This document shows, in pieces, positions 12,808-27,800 of a stretch of DNA of 64,000 nucleotides. Position numbers and translations under genes: made by a program. Every line of letters begins with the position of its first letter. Within the stretch, counting starts at the first letter, position 1. A model generated the notes under the pieces. The model was not told the DNA's origin, ran no database searches, and was given only the letters and a program-made list of their open reading frames with translations. The DNA comes from Takakia lepidozioides (taxonomy: Eukaryota > Plantae > Bryophyta), in assembly GCA_030704615.1 (NCBI GenBank), contig CM060733.1, positions 28,768,001 through 28,832,000 of the forward strand. The letters are read 5' to 3'.

Positions 12808-15306
12808 CTCCGGACACAAGCAACAGAGAGTGAAAATACCACTCGCGTTTCCCGGCACCCGCCTATCAACATCGCAGCTGCCTTCCCTCTGCTGCTCCAG
12901 CGGAATTGATTCTCTCCACAAATTTCTGAAATATGCACAACATCATTATACCTCCACATCGAAAAGGAGCAAAATACCTCCGGTCATTTCCACGCCTTTC
13001 AAGTGAGGAACGTTCAAAGGTGAACATCACACATCTTATGAAGCGCTATGAAGCACTATATTGGACACAGCCGCAAAAGCTACAACCAGTGCAGGCAGTT
13101 CTATTTTCAACTTAACCAGTTCCTCTTCTCAGCAGACTGATGGGTGAACATATTAGATTGCTGACATTTTCAGCCAGTGTGGGCAATGATTATGTTGCAA
13201 GCCTCTCGATTACTTGACGTAACTGTGTTCTAACATCAACCAAGGAATCACGAAGTACAAGTCAAACCAATTTCCTTCAGCTAACGTCCAAGTATAGTCT
13301 GTCTTGTCATGAATGCAAGTGAGGATAACTAGACCCAACAGTACATTAGCTTCGACAACAACGAGAGCGAGAGAAACAGAGAGAGAATGAGGCACTTCAG
13401 TATCTCACATAGAAGTGGGTAGCCGATGTAGAGACTCGATAATGCGGACTGACCTTCATTCCTACTGGCAGTGGGAACTGGCAGCCACTAACGATTACCA
13501 CGTAATCATTCTGTAGACATACCGTCAAACAACCTCTGTTGGGTATTAAGGGAATTGGTTTCGTCTGCTATCCACAAAAGGAGAGGTTGGAGAAAGCTAG
13601 AGGGTATCTTGTGCAGCTGCAGGTGCTTACTCTTTCAGAGCAGAGAGGTACGACAGAAGCGACACGCAAAAGAGGGAATGCCACCTACCTGTGAGATACG
13701 AAAATACAGATATACGACTAAGCAGGATTCGACTGGTAGGAGAAGAGGCAGGGGACACGAAGGATGACCCTGTCAATGATTTCCAAGAATGCTCGGCTAC
13801 GGAACGAGGCGCGACCTCAACCACTACTGATTGTCGGAACCCAACTGTGAGCCCTCATCAAACTACACCGGATGACCTCTGACCTGCAGGAGATACAACA
13901 AGACTGACAGTGTTCAGGATTTCACACACTCGCGTGAGAGAGAAAGCCAATCTCGCGCGGGAGAGACATCCCACTAGCCTAGCCTATGTCAGAAAGCTCC
14001 TGAAAAGTTCCGAGACCAGAAATCTGCTGGATCTACTGCAACCATAGCCCGCCAAGGCCGCCACCCACAGCAGCCCATACGTTGCAGGACACTGCAAATG
14101 TACAGTACAAACTTATCGCCCATCGAGACATTAAAGCCATGCGCCGCAAGCAGGCCTGACTTCCGAAGCAGGTGGCGCGCTAGGAATCATGCATGGCGAG
14201 CCGTGCTGCCAGCATTACCCCTCTTATTAATGAGGCTCATGCGATCGTCCCCCATTTTCCTTTTAATCTTTGCCTCCTTTCAGGTTTCAATCCTTGCTTT
14301 TCCTTTCGTCAACATGTTCTTTTCCCTCCATAGATTGTGCTCCGAGCTGGATGCGTGTTTAAATTATAGATTCGAACCTACCACGCCCGACACGAAGCAT
14401 GTCAACGTTCTTCCAGTGCGCTGACAGAATCACTGTGCTCCTCTCACTTTTTGTGTTTCAGGCTCTCACATCGAATCCGTTGCAGACGAGGAAATAGTGC
14501 AATGGGACCCTCTGATGCCGGTTTCAAACACAATCCTACCCTCACTCCTGCAAGACAGTCTTCCGAAGTTTTTTAAGGGGAATGTGCTGCAAGCTCAAGC
14601 CTCAGACATTCTAGTAGTAAAGCAAGTGGAAGATATGCAAAAGCAAATGCAGGGTTCACACAATAAGATGTTGAACTGGAAGTGAAAGCACATCTGTCGT
14701 GCTGCATCCCTTCAGTTATCTCAACTCAAAGGCAGGAGAAGAATCAAACAATGACTCTCACAAACATCTTAAGATGCATACTGTTGGGCTCTTACCACTT
14801 CCATCCGCATATGACTGTCAGAATCAAAAACAGATTGATGCTTACGCAAAGTGAAAAACAGACCAATTGGCCTCTTCCCTTATTTCCAAAAGTTTCTGCT
14901 TGGAAACTTGTCTATTTCCAACAACTTGTCTTACAAATCACCTCAATCTTGGAGGCTTGTAAACAATTTCCATTTTACAGTGAGTGCTGTCAGACCAACT
15001 TGAAGTCACGATTCAGAACCCTCAATCTTGATTAGTATGTTAGTAATTCTGCCCGCAGGCAGGGAAGGAAAATGGAAACAATGTTAGTAAGGACTAATGT
15101 ACTTGACCGTAGGAGAGGCCAGCCCAGGTTTGCTGGAGCCCTCAATTCTAGCTAGAGAATGTACTGATGCCATTCCCTGCGAACGTTGGCTTGCCATTGC
15201 CTTAAGGCCTCTAGCTAGAGAGCCGCCTACTACCTTCATATCACCAACACAAATTAAAAATGTATCCTTACAAATAGACAGCAATGAAATAAACCAGTGC
15301 AACCAA

Positions 15307-18300
15307 TCACTTTCTCAATCGTTTCTTGGCTTGCTGTTCAGGTACCCTGCTTGGTTCTTTCATTGAGCTCAGTGTCTTCCGTAGACCCCGGGCAGGTCGT
15401 ATGAGACTCTGAGCCAGTGTGTCCTGGGACGTTGATGATACCCGAGCAGCTATGGAAGCTTTCAAATTCAAAGCTGACTTGCCGTCTCCAACAACATCAC
15501 GATCCCTCACTTTCGAAAGGCTTTTCCCCTTACGCAACAAATCATCATCCTCAATTTCGTCCCTCTCCTTCCCCCTATCTTTCTCTCCCTGCTTTTCTCT
15601 CTCATCTCGGACCTTCTCTCGTACCTTCCCTCTCCCTACTCCCTTGTTTGGAACTGCCGGTCGCTTCAAATCATCCTCCCTCGTCTCTCTGAGCTTCCCT
15701 CTGCCAGATGCCTTGTTTGAAGCCTTATTCAGCAAAAGGCCCCCCAACAGCTCTTCACGTGGTGGTTTTGCCCTTCCAAGCACACCTCCTTTATGCAGCT
15801 TTTTAATCTCCTTCATCCTTCCATCAACCTCTTGATCATCCTCTAGTGAGTCTCCCCTTTCCTCAACCCGGCTAGTGCTAGGGACACCCACAACATTTAC
15901 ACTCCCGCTACGGGCACCCCCACCCTCTGAGTCCATCACAGCCTCGCTTCCTGATGTTTCTACAGCCGACAGCCGAGCACCTACTCTCTTCTTGCTGCCA
16001 CTTTCAGGCAACCCCTGGGTGACAGGAGAGGAGGCCCCTATTTTCATTGCCCCTACCCCAGGGCTAGGGGTTACCCCTACTTTGGTGAAACCACCTCCCA
16101 TTCCCACAGCCTTTGGCTTTTTGAGTTCCCTTGTCCGTGTAGCAGGCCCATCTTGCTTCAACAAAGCCTCTGTCTTGAAGATTTTATCCATCTCCTTTGT
16201 GGCCTCCTGACGCAGGGCCTTCGCACCTAAAAATTCGGCTGACTCACTCGGATAATAGACCAACGCGTTGTTGAAGATCAGTAGCAGGTCACGGAAGAAC
16301 TCCTTGCTCCCTGAGTATGCACCCTCCTCCAGGCGTGCCCGAATGATGGTTAAGTCCATATGTCTCCTGATTAGAAGATCATATCTAGAATCCTGCATAC
16401 ATTTACAGCTGTTCATTACTATTATCACATTGTTTCAGATAAAGTCACTGATGTAAAGCAGGCTGCCTTCAATGCTCTCAACAAAATGAAAAACCGTAAC
16501 ATACATTGTGATGCAAGGGCAGCTGCTGGCGGAAAGTTTTGCCGTAAGAGCGAAGGAACTTTGCAGGGCCTAAGCCACCACAGCAAGAGCACACTGGAAG
16601 CACAAACCAGTTGAATGGTTCGAACTTCTATGGCCAACTGCCATTTCAAAGGCTAAGCCATTATTAGAGGTGTAAAAATTTGGTAGCTTGCAGGGAGTTC
16701 CTAAAACAAGTTTCAATGATTTGGTGATCTTGTCATAATCAAGTAATCCATCAACCATGGAGCAAAATTTCCAAACCTGAATCTCCTGCCGCCCTCTAAA
16801 CAGGCATGCTGACTTATGGGCGCATATATTTCGAAGGCACTCGAGAAGGGGTAGCAACTTCCCCGGGACCTTTGGTTCCCTCCGGTTGCGTCTACTGGAT
16901 GGAGACATATCATCAATACCATCCATTGGGGACCCTGCCTCACTCTTATCCACCTGACTGTCCCCGTAGTCTCGAGTCCCTTGCCTTCCTTCTTCTCCAT
17001 CATCATCACCACCATCCTTGGACTGCTCATGCACACTACCACTTCCCTCATGGCTTGAGAGCCTGCCCTTGGATTCCATCACACCAACTAGAGATTCCAC
17101 TGGGCTCGTTGGTTCTCTTGCTACTTCCATAGCTGGCGATGAAGATCTCTGCCTGTTCTCTTTCTCCTCTTTAAAATTGTCCATCTCTGTTACCTCAGTT
17201 TCCATTTCAGATTTCACATCTGTAGCTTGTGTAGCTTGAGGGTTCAACCGGGAAACTTCTGGATGCTCCTCTTCCACGACTTGGGGTTTGACTTCCTCAA
17301 CAAGCTCAGGTTTAACTATTATTTCCTCTGTTTCCGCCCTCCCTGAGCCTTCTGGGCCCTGTCCATCAGCACCTCCGGACCCTGAGCCAATGCAAGGCAA
17401 TGGCAAACACCCATTGGGAAGCCCAGAGCCTTCCAGTGAACTAATCTCCTTCCCTACATCGACATCCATGACATCTTTGCAAACTTCAGCATCCTGCTCA
17501 GTTCCTTCCCTGGGAGGACTTGAAATTAACTCCCTGGATACTAACTGCCGCTCATCTGCAGACACTCTTGGCACAGAGCTCATCTCACCCACATTCACAT
17601 TCCCTTGTTCCGGAAGATTCTCTGCATCAGCCCCCTCCTGTTTAAGACATAGACGACGATCTTGCCTGTCATCCCCATTCCCTCCATTAACATCTACTTC
17701 CTGAGGCCGTTCACTGACATCTGCTTCCATCTCCACATGCAAGGAAAGCTGTTGGGTGTTGGAATGATCAAGTCCCTCTGTGACTTGATGAGAGGTATCC
17801 CCTTGGGAAGGAATGTCCACCACTGGTCCTGCAGGTATGAAAGCCTCCAAAGCAGATGATGGGGATGGTGATGAAGCTGCAGGAGGCTCCGACACCAGAG
17901 GCTTCGCAGCCACATCTATTGAGAGAGTAGATGATTCAGGAATTGTATCAGATACAGAGTCATACACCATCCGTAGCAAATCCATAGCATTTGCAGAGGA
18001 AGGATGTGCCAGCTCTTGCTCTTCAGATCCAGGCTCATGGAATGGGCTCTCTGTTCCTGCCAGGCTCTTAGCACTGGGCCAATCAATGCTCAGACAGTCA
18101 GGAGAGACAGAAACGATTTCTGTGCCAATCAAATCAGCTTGAGGTTTGTCTGAAGAAACGAGTGTAGTCTTTGCAGTAGCAACCTCCACTTCAGACACCA
18201 CATCCGACTGCACAGACGAGCTCAGTTGGCCGGTCATTTCAGCTCCGGGATTGTCTGGGGAGACAGGTCTACTCTTTGGGTTGGCTACATCAGCTGCAGG

Positions 18301-21289
18301 CTCATCCAAAACAACAACAATCTCCCTTTCAAGAGTATCTCTTCCTGACTCAAAATAGACAGAGTTAGGAGCACAAATGGGGATAATAGAACTTTTCGCA
18401 AGCTCCTGAGCTTCCAGCATGTCTGGATTAACAACTGGGTTCTGCCCGAGACCATCATTTTCTAACTCCCTGAATGCTGACACAGACAGCACAATGTCCA
18501 GGTCTTCAGACTCATTCAAGCTTCCAGTATCAATAGAGGCTGTGGTATCTAGCACATCAGCAGCCTCTGTGCTTGGCATGCCCATATTTGTCACCTCTAT
18601 TGCTGATTCAGTGAGTGCCAAACCACCCACTGGCCTTGGCTCCAAGGACTGTTCCTTCTCAAATTGAAAGAAATCACCCTTTTGATGCTTCTGATCATCT
18701 GAGTCAGATGTCAGATCAACCAAGGACCCCTGCTTTACAGAACCCTCTGCTGAGTCTTGTTCCTTTTCTGCAACCACCTCGCCAACGGTCTCAACGAATG
18801 TTTCCGATCGGATAACTCCCTCGCCATCACGCTGCCTATGAGGGCTTTGCCCGACGTGAATAACCATTTCACCCTCGTCTTGTGTTTCCACCAATTCATT
18901 TCCCATCTTTTTGTCCAATAGACCGTTGCCACTGTCGTTCTCATCAAGCTCTTTTACTTCCATATCCTGCTGGTTCTCTTCCAACTCCACTGGACTATGA
19001 TGTTGTCCTTCATTCATTTCTTCAACCTGATCAGATGTTGCCACAATACCCTCAGCTTGTACGTCTTCAATTTTTTCTAGTATCTCTGTCTCCATGGATG
19101 TGGAAGGCAGGGGAGTGGAAGAGGGTGCTGACTCCCCACTTGCCCAATTATCCCTTTCAGGTTGTTCTAAGATAGGGGTGTGACTATCCAAGTCAATGTC
19201 CCTAACAAACTCAAAATTTCCAGCAGCAGCCATACTTCTATCTTTTCCATTACTCCGACAACCATCTTCACTTCCTTCAACCTCAGCAACTTCTGCTGCT
19301 GGGAAGTCACTTTCCTTGGCCTCAGCTATTTCCTCTTTCACACCTTTGAGCTTGAATGAGTCTTCATCTACAGTAAGCAGAACATTTCCACCAGCTTCAC
19401 GGCCCCCAACCAAGAGCTCTGCTGGCTCAAGAGCCACATCATGTCCTTTATCACTATCAACTGGATCTGCCTCTGGGGACTTGCAAAGTTCCTCATTCTC
19501 TCGTGGTGATGAAACAACTAAGTCTGGTTCCACAGCTTCCAAACAATTCACCCCAGTCCCTGAGACCACAACCGGCTCAATGGCCCCTGTTATAATACCA
19601 CATGCAAGTTGCTGTCCCTCCAACTCCTGATGATCCACACTGCTAGCATTTCCCTTAGTATCATTGCATGGCTTACTGTCCACATTATTGACAGTGATTT
19701 CTGTAGCATTGGGAGAAGCGGCCTGGAATTCCTTGTTGGCATCATGCCACTGTTCACCTTCTAAAAGTAATTCTGACCGACTTGGATCTAAAGATTCCTT
19801 AGAGTTCTCTGGGGCAACAGAGACAGATATGTCAGAGACTGCAGTATCTGAATTCTGTGTAGAGAGCTTGTTGGCAACGGATTTCAAGCCTTCGTCAGGA
19901 AGTCCATGATCAGTTGGACTACAAGGCACAGAGTCCTCGTGGCTGGAAGCTAACAAGGGCTCATTTGGTTGAGCTACAGCCACACTTTTCCCCGCCTGTT
20001 TGTTGACATGCGCCCTCTCAGCTTTTAATCTTTTGATCTTCACCTGAAGTGACCTGAATAACATGCCAACACGTTTTTTGGACCTTGAAAACATCTCATG
20101 CTGACAGAAGCACTAGTTAGAATTACATATGGATCCGAAAATTGCAGGCTGTCGTGCTATCCCAAGGGACAGCAAGACAACATCAATTCCTCGAAGTACA
20201 TCCAAAGTCCAAACATAGACCTACCTAATGACCTGAGTAGATCTAACATGACATACCCAATAGACCCGTCATAGCGCTCAAGTTCCCGCTTAAGGTGTGC
20301 TACTCTCAACTTGCGCAACTCTTCAAACCAGGGCATGCTGTTGCTCAACTCTTCATCCCTGAAAACACAAAAGAACACAAACGCACCAAAAGAAATCAAT
20401 AACAGTTGAGCCACTCCATGCTCTCTCCAGAGATGCCATCATATATTCTCTGATACAGGGCCTATAATCTAGATATGAGGATGATTCTACAAGGTTCTGG
20501 AAATCAAGAACGGTGGAAGTACCTGCTGATACTGCAGCTGCTGGTGCTGGCATACCGCCCTTTCAGAGCATCATACTTATGCTTGCATGCCTGTCAAAAG
20601 CCAACCAACACAATTGCTCAGAATGAGATTTGTCTTTCCTACCATACTACTGGTATGTCTGTGAAGAAACTAGTCAGCCTATCCTACTACACAACTCCTC
20701 TTTCAGAGAGAATCTAGAGGACATGGACCCTCTAATTATTATGGTATTGAGCTATAAGTTCAAGAAAACGAGAGATCGTAGTCCACACATAACGTCACCA
20801 AAGGAAGAATCTTCGGTCACTTAACGAGACATATCACGTAAATTCTATCTTCAAACGTGAAACCTAGACTCCAAACTCACCGTTCACTTCCAGCTCCTCT
20901 TTTCGACTTCATTTCGATTGAAATTCGCTTTACAAACTCATGTAAGATAGACCCACCTTTGGTTTTTCAAGGGGCCTGGCCATCCAAGGCAGGGGTGGAC
21001 TTCAGGATGTCAAACCCAGATCCCTGTAACATGAACTTGATAAAGGGGAAGAAGGGGGAAATAAGCTCCTTACTTCTTCAGAGAAATATAAGGGACAAAC
21101 TTTGAGAGAGATCGCTCGATCTTTGAGCTCTGAAGAGATGAGATTCCAATTGTTGGTTCCATGTCTTTTCACAGCACTGACCAGCAGCAATTCTTCACAG
21201 GTCCCCCAGCATCCGGCCCCCAATCCAGATGCCTCGGGCAGCTCTGGTGGTAGGGTGGCAGCCACGGCCAAGACTTCATGCTTCCCCAT
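15307..21289 (-). CDS. SANT/Myb-like plus bromodomain protein (plant DNA-binding bromodomain family)
   Basis: WGTCEELLLVSAVKRHGTNNWNLISSEL (SANT) and PWFEELRKLRVAHLKRELERYDGSIGSLQVKIKRL (coiled coil). A large acidic exon spans 16777-20053. The bromodomain is split by an intron (CAHKSACLFR...Q|DSRYDLLIRRHMDL...FFRDLLLIFNNALVYY). Confidence 0.9.
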
Positions 21290-22255
21290 GTCTTCTCCAC
21301 TCCGAGACTCTATTCCATATTCCAGGCCTCACAAAATCACTGACAGCCTCTATCTATGACGACCCACATGACATCTTGACAGCTCGCTTCCATCATCCTA
21401 CCATAGCGGATGTAACCGCCATCTATATGCAAAGCAGCAGAGATCAGCCTGTGAAACCCTAACACCTCTCCACACACGCATACACCAACATTTCACACCA
21501 ACAAATTTCTGATGCGCAATTAGGTCTGAAATCAAATCAAACCTCAGGGAACCAACCACTGCATACAAGAAACAACACCTCTTACAACTCTCAGATGGGA
21601 CATACGAAATGACGGTGCTTCATTACAAATGAAAGCTCCACGTCCCTCCCCAACTGGATTTGAAACCGATTCCACTTCCAGCCCATCATCTCCCGCCATG
21701 CCTCGCATCCCTCACTTTCAAAGACGGGATGTCAAAACCGATCCGCGGCTGCCATGGACGTACTTGAATCCATTGCCATGGAGCAGCCTGCCATGGCCAT
21801 GGACCTCCTGATCGCCGGGGTTGCTATTCTCGCTATAATGCCGGAGCTTAGCCGATGGTAACCGGCTGCCTCCAGTCGCCCGGCCGCCCAACCAACCGCA
21901 GAGCCTGCCACGCCGACGACCGCGGTTCGACCCTATCCCAATTACCTTGTTTTATTTTGGAAAAGGAGATGGAGAGCGCGGTCCGACCGGACTTCGAAGT
22001 TACTGGAATTAAATATATACATTACAAACTTCCACAATTCCCTTTGGAAAGTTAAAACAGGCTTTACATAATGTCATCTGCCTGGGACCTTCGGTCGCCT
22101 CAATATTTAGAGCAGTTTTGGCCTGCCCGAAACGAAAAAACATTGGGGGGTGATTGGAAAGCGCCTTTTAGGATTTGAAAGAGAAAAACCTGCATAGCTT
22201 TATAAAAAGACCCAAGTGGGCTCACTGAACAAATGGGTGTAACTGGGTAACAACG

Positions 22256-22320
22256 AACATGTAGCCCAATGGTAAGGGCATATACCCTCTTACGAGTGGT
22301 TGTGGGTTCAAACCACCCTG
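22256..22320 (+). other. tRNA-derived relic (tRNA pseudogene or SINE head)
   Basis: A-box-like TAGCCCAATGG (22262-22272) and B-box GGTTCAAACC (22305-22314) at tRNA-like spacing. No convincing complete cloverleaf. Confidence 0.4.
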
Positions 22321-23029
22321 TTGGTTGTTACAAAGGTGTCCACCTTCCTACCATAAAGCAATAGCTTTTCTGGGTCAAGTGACACCATAAGTTACGCTTG
22401 CTTTCGCCACGCATCCACCTGTAACTGGGTGTAATTTGAAAGAGGCAGAAAGTGCTCAGCAAAGTCAATCGCTTATTACCAAACTATAGCTCAATTGGTA
22501 TGTGAGGAGGTTAGGTAGCGCGTAAGCATGCTCACGTGAGCACAAGGGCAATTTCCACGAATTTCCACAGCGAAACGAAATTGACGAAACTAACAATTTT
22601 GCGAAACTAACACATAAAGAACAAGTAGCCCCTTCTAAGCGTGGGTTTTTCTCACGTTGTGCTCACACGACCCTTTTCATAACAGACATGAGAGTGGGCA
22701 GTGAGGCCTAAGCTTAAATTTAAGATCATCACCAATGGATAATTTCGCACGGCGAAACTTTGTACCAATCAGCCTGAGAAGAAATCACATTGTAGTTGAA
22801 ATGATGAATATGTCACTTTTAAAGGCCCTACCCATGTATATTTTTGTAGAACAAAACTCTCTCCCCTAACAACTAGTACAATTATATATTGAGATATGCA
22901 TTTGCAGTGCGAAACTCTGATCCCTGAAGAGAAGTTGGGTAGCGTGCGGTTAGGATGCTCACAAACAAAAAAATATGAAAAATATTCTTGAGATGTCCAG
23001 AGAAAATCGCACATGTTTTTTAACACAAG

Positions 23030-23943
23030 TTTTTGAACAAGAACAATGTCAGACATGAGTTTATTGTTGAGAAACTCTTTTGATACAGAAAAGCATTTCA
23101 ATTTCCTCGATTCATATCCCTTCATATTGTCTCAAAGCATATTGGTTTTTGAACAAATACACTGTCAGACGAGAGTTTTGTGTTGAAATACTTTTTTGTT
23201 ACGGCTAAGTAGTTCAAATCCCTCAGTTCATATCCCTCCATAAACATTTTCAGACAAGAGTTTCGTGTTAAGGAAATGATTCAGATTTTTGAATAAAACC
23301 GATGTTAGACAAGAGTTTTGTGTTGAGAAACTATTTTGTCACGGCAAAGAGTTCAAATCCCTCAATCCATATCCCTCCATATTTGTTTGAAAACATGCAC
23401 ATTTGTGAACAAAAACACTCTCAGAGAATAGTTTCGTGTTGAGAAATTCTTTTGTTATGGCGAAACAATTCAAATCTCTCAGTCCATGTCTCTTCATATT
23501 GTTCCAAAGCATGCAGGTTTTTGAGCAAAAACACTGTCAAAAAAAAAGTTTCGTATTGAGAAACTTTTTTGTTATGGCGAAGCAATTCAAATCTCCTAGT
23601 CTATGTCCCTCCATATTGGTTAAAAAACATGCAGGTTTTTGAACAAAAACACTGTTCCAGAAGAGTTTCGTATTGAGAAACTCTTTTGTTACGGCGAAGC
23701 AATTCAAATCTCTCAGTCCACGTCCGTCCATATTGGTTAAAAAACATGCAGGTTTTTGAACAAAAACACTGTCACAGAAGAGTTTCGTGTTGAGAAACTG
23801 TTTTGTATGACGAAACAATTCAAATCCCTGAGTCCATTCCCCTCTATATTGGTTCAAAAGCATGTAGGTTTTTCAACAAAAACATTGTCCCAGAAGAGTT
23901 TCGTATTGATAAACTCTTTTGTTACGGCGAAACAATTCAAATC
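23030..23943. repeat. AT-rich ~116-117-bp tandem array, left part (about 8 units)
   Basis: The unit aagagtttcgtgttgagaaactcttttgttacggcgaa...catgcaggtttttgaacaaaaacactgtc recurs at e.g. 23311, 23427, 23661, 23778 and 23894. Confidence 0.9.
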
Positions 23944-24630
23944 TGTCGTGCGCATACATATCGCTACACAATTACATCGCTGTCCAAAACCACACAACAC
24001 ATGTGCACCACACACTAGTATACCACTAGTCCAACCACCAGTCCAACCACTAGGCTACAACTAGTCAGTCACTAGGCTGCCACTATGCTGCCCACTATGG
24101 CAGTCACTAGTCCACACAATGGATAAAGAAGAAGAATACAAGCACGAGCTCACGAATCTGAAGCATAAACTCATGCATATATAACCTCATCACTCAAATA
24201 CAAGTCAAGCCAAGTGCACCCCACGCCATCGGGAATCCACACTACGGCGCCATAGCTAGGCGCGGTGAGGCTCAACTCGAGAAAGATGAGCCTTCCGCGC
24301 TTGCCGTGAAGATAACCACTCCAGGGCCTAAATCTGCCTTGACCCCCTGGATTGACACTTGGGCCAATCCCAAATGTCAATATGTAAAAGCTAGTTATTT
24401 CCTAGCTAGTTTCACACTAGTGGTAAAATAACTTGACAGCTGTCGTGCGCATACATATCGCTACACAACTACATCGCTATCCAAAACCACACAACACATG
24501 TGCACACCACACACTAGTATACCACTAGTCCAGCCATTAGTCCAACCACTAGGCTACAACTAGTCAGTCACTAGGCTGCCACTATGCTGCCCACTATGGC
24601 AGTCACTAGTCCATACAATCGCCCCCCTAG
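23944..24630 (-). repeat. A-B-gc-A terminal repeat block plus polypurine tract
   Basis: The A segment is duplicated at 23944-24120 and 24441-24619. The B/A junction reads ttgaca-gc-tgtcgt. On the minus strand the PPT ctaggggggcg (24620-24630) directly precedes at-TGT. Confidence 0.9.
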
Positions 24631-24869
24631 CTGGTGCTTAGGTCCCTCTAAGTCCAGGTAGCCACAAGATGTGATAGTGACCATAGCCTCACTAAGTCCT
24701 CCACCACTATCCCTACTACACTCAAACTCGATAGATCAAGAGGCCGGGTGCAAGAGTTGCCCCATCGTTAGTCGTCGTCTTGCAACCTGTGAACTTGAGC
24801 TTGGGATCTCATGTATTGACTCCTATGAGCTTGGCCTCCCATGTCTTGTTAGCTGCCTCCAGTCATGTC

Positions 24870-27800
24870 CACTGCCACTATCCCAAGCAGTGTGGACACA
24901 ACCAATCTCCGTCAGGAACCTTCTCAAGAGGTGGTGTCAAGCATCACATATGCCAACCCCTTGAGCATCGATCACACACCAGCATGGTGGCTGCCCCTTT
25001 GGCAGACCACAGAGCATGCACCTCAAACCTGCAGGTACCACTGCCAAGTTTGGGTCAACTCTGCCATCGACATTGGGAAGGTGACATGACGCACAATTAC
25101 GCACATGGTCCTTCCAAGTCATGCCATCCCGACCCTCTAAGATCAGGACCCTCGAGGGCAACACCTCTCGAACCCTCAGAATAACACGCCCTGCAGTAAC
25201 ATCCAGAGTCGTAGGAGCAGTCTGCTGCAAATAAACATAGTCACCAGGGCTAAACCTTCGAACCCCAGGACGATATCCTCCACCACGTATAGTGGCATAT
25301 CTCAACGTATCACGGTGTTGTGCAATGGCAAGGTTCTCAAAAGCCATGGGCATGACTTTCTTGAACAACCCTGCACGCTGATCACATGCACGTACCCACA
25401 CGTCCGGATCGTCAAGGTTAAGGACTTGAGCAGTGTCCCTACGAATGGCTGCAGGCAAATCCGGCTCTCAGCCAAAGAGAAGGAAATATGGTGAGAAGGA
25501 GGCAAGTGATGCTTGTTTGCTGAACCTGTAGCCCATGGCTAACCAATGAACCTGAATATCCCAATCTCCTAGGTGTCCCTTCTGCAAGCCATACTTGCGC
25601 AAACCTCTATTTACCGTTTGAACAACTCTCTCTGCTAAGCCATCGGCCTCAGGATGATTCCGAGAAGTGGTGCGGTGGTCTATCAAGGATTTATCACACA
25701 AAGCCTGAAACTCCCCCAAGAACTCTCTCCCTTGGTCCGTGAGTACCTCAGCTGGAGCACCAAATCGGCTAAGCACACGATCCAAGAATGCATACGCAGC
25801 CCCCTCACTAGCCTTATCAGGCAATGGAACCATTTCAATCCACTTGGAGAAGTGCTCCACCATCATCAACACATATCTGTGGTGGCGCATAGTCAGTGGC
25901 AACGGTCCTGCGAAGTCAAGACTCCACCTGTAGCCCAATCCCATGATTGGTAAAAGATGCAACTGTGGTGTAGGGGCGTTGAATGAAGCACGCACCCTGT
26001 CACACACCATGCACCTAGCCACGAACTATTGCACCTCTGTATGCATACCACGCCACCAATACTGCCCCTGCAGTAAACTGTGAGTGCGTCGCACTCCAAA
26101 ATGCCCCAACTCCTCATGGGCATGCCGCACTAACCGTGCACGCTGTGTGGGGTGAGGCACAATCCTCACCCGACCATCCTCCCACACTCGAAGTAGGTGT
26201 ATCCCCTCCCACTTGAACCTCTTGGCTCGTTGCAGGATCCGATCCCTCTCCCTGGCAGTCACAGTGGCTGTCGTGTCTCCCGTGCGGAGGTAGTCCAACA
26301 CAGCCGAATCCTCATGTATATCTCTGGCACCACCTGGCTCATCACTAGCCTCAGGGTCCTCAGACACTCCGTCTACAGTCATCCCTGTTGTAGGTCCAAC
26401 CTGACTTCCCGATGCCAAGATACACAAAAATGCAGATGCGTGCCATCCCGGCACCATCTCCTCGTCCGTCTCACCATGCCACCGAGCTCCAGTGTCATCT
26501 TGCTGGCTCATGCATGGATTGCGACTCAATCCATCCGCATCCCGATTGACCAAACCTGGTCGATGCACAACCTGAAAGTCATACTCCTGGAGTATGAGTG
26601 CCCACCGTGCAAGCTTCCCCGTAAGCTTGTCTGACTCCATCAACCACTTGAGTGGCTGGTGATCCCGTGACAAGGGTGAAAAGATTGCCGTATAGATAGC
26701 ACCTAAAGTGTGCCACGGCCCACACTGCAGCTAAGCACTCTCCCTCATATGAGCTGTACTTAGCCTCTGCAACATTGTTCGAGCGGCTAGCATAAGCCAC
26801 TACGAACTCTCTTCCCTCATCATCCACCTGTGTGAGCACCGCTCCAAGCCCCAGCATGCTCCAATCCGTATGCAGCTGAAAGGGACGCCCCCTGATAGGT
26901 CGTCTCAGGATAGGCGCCGAGGTCAACCTCGCCTTGAGCTCTTGAAAAGCTCGTTCCTGCTCATCTTCCCACTGCCACTCCTGGTCCACCTTGGTCAGCT
27001 TGGTTAGAGCCTTTGTAATGGTACTAAATCCCTTGACAAACCGTCTATAATAGTTTGCCAACCCCATGAAAGCTCGAACTCGGCTCACATCCGTGGGGCG
27101 TGGAATTTGTGCAATGGCCTCTACCTTAGTTTGTTGTACCCCCAATCATCCAGGATATATCATGTGACCCAGATACTCAATCTGGTTGTGGAAAAACTTG
27201 CACTTCCCCGGATGCAACTTCAATCCGTGTGCTCTCAAGCGCTCCAATACCACCTGAAGGTGTCTCTCATGCTCCTCCATCGTAACACTAAAGATGATGA
27301 TGTCATCTATGTAGCACCGAGCAAAGTCCACCCCTGCTAGAATCCTATCCATGACTCTCTGAAACTCTGCATGAGCATTCTTAAGCCCAAATGGTAAGAA
27401 CCGCCACTTATATAGGCAATCCTTGCCGTGCTCATTGATCCCCCAGAATGTCGTCTTCTGCTTGTCCGCCTCCTTGATTGGCAACTGGTGATATCCGGAT
27501 CGTAAATCCAAAGTGATAAAGGCCTTAGCATGCCCGATGGCATCAAAGATCTCCTCTGGTGTTGGCATGGCATACTTATCGGACTTGGTCTGACGATTTA
27601 CAGGCCGGTAATCACCGCACATACGTCTCTCCGTCCAATTGCCATAGACATCTTTCTTGGCTGGCATCACTGTGGCTGAAGCATACTCTCCACCAGAGAG
27701 CTCCACCAAACCTGCCTCCCAGAGATCTTGAGTTCTCATCTGAATCAAAGACCTCTCCATGTCACTGTATCTATAGGGTCTCCGAAAGATTGGCGTGTCA

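Noticed and set aside
15417-19909. Many Ser/Pro-rich plus-strand ORFs
   Set aside because: They are antisense shadows of the bromodomain gene's long exons.
23436-24064. ORFs with repeated peptide units
   Set aside because: They are translations of the 117-bp array and are broken by unit-length indels.
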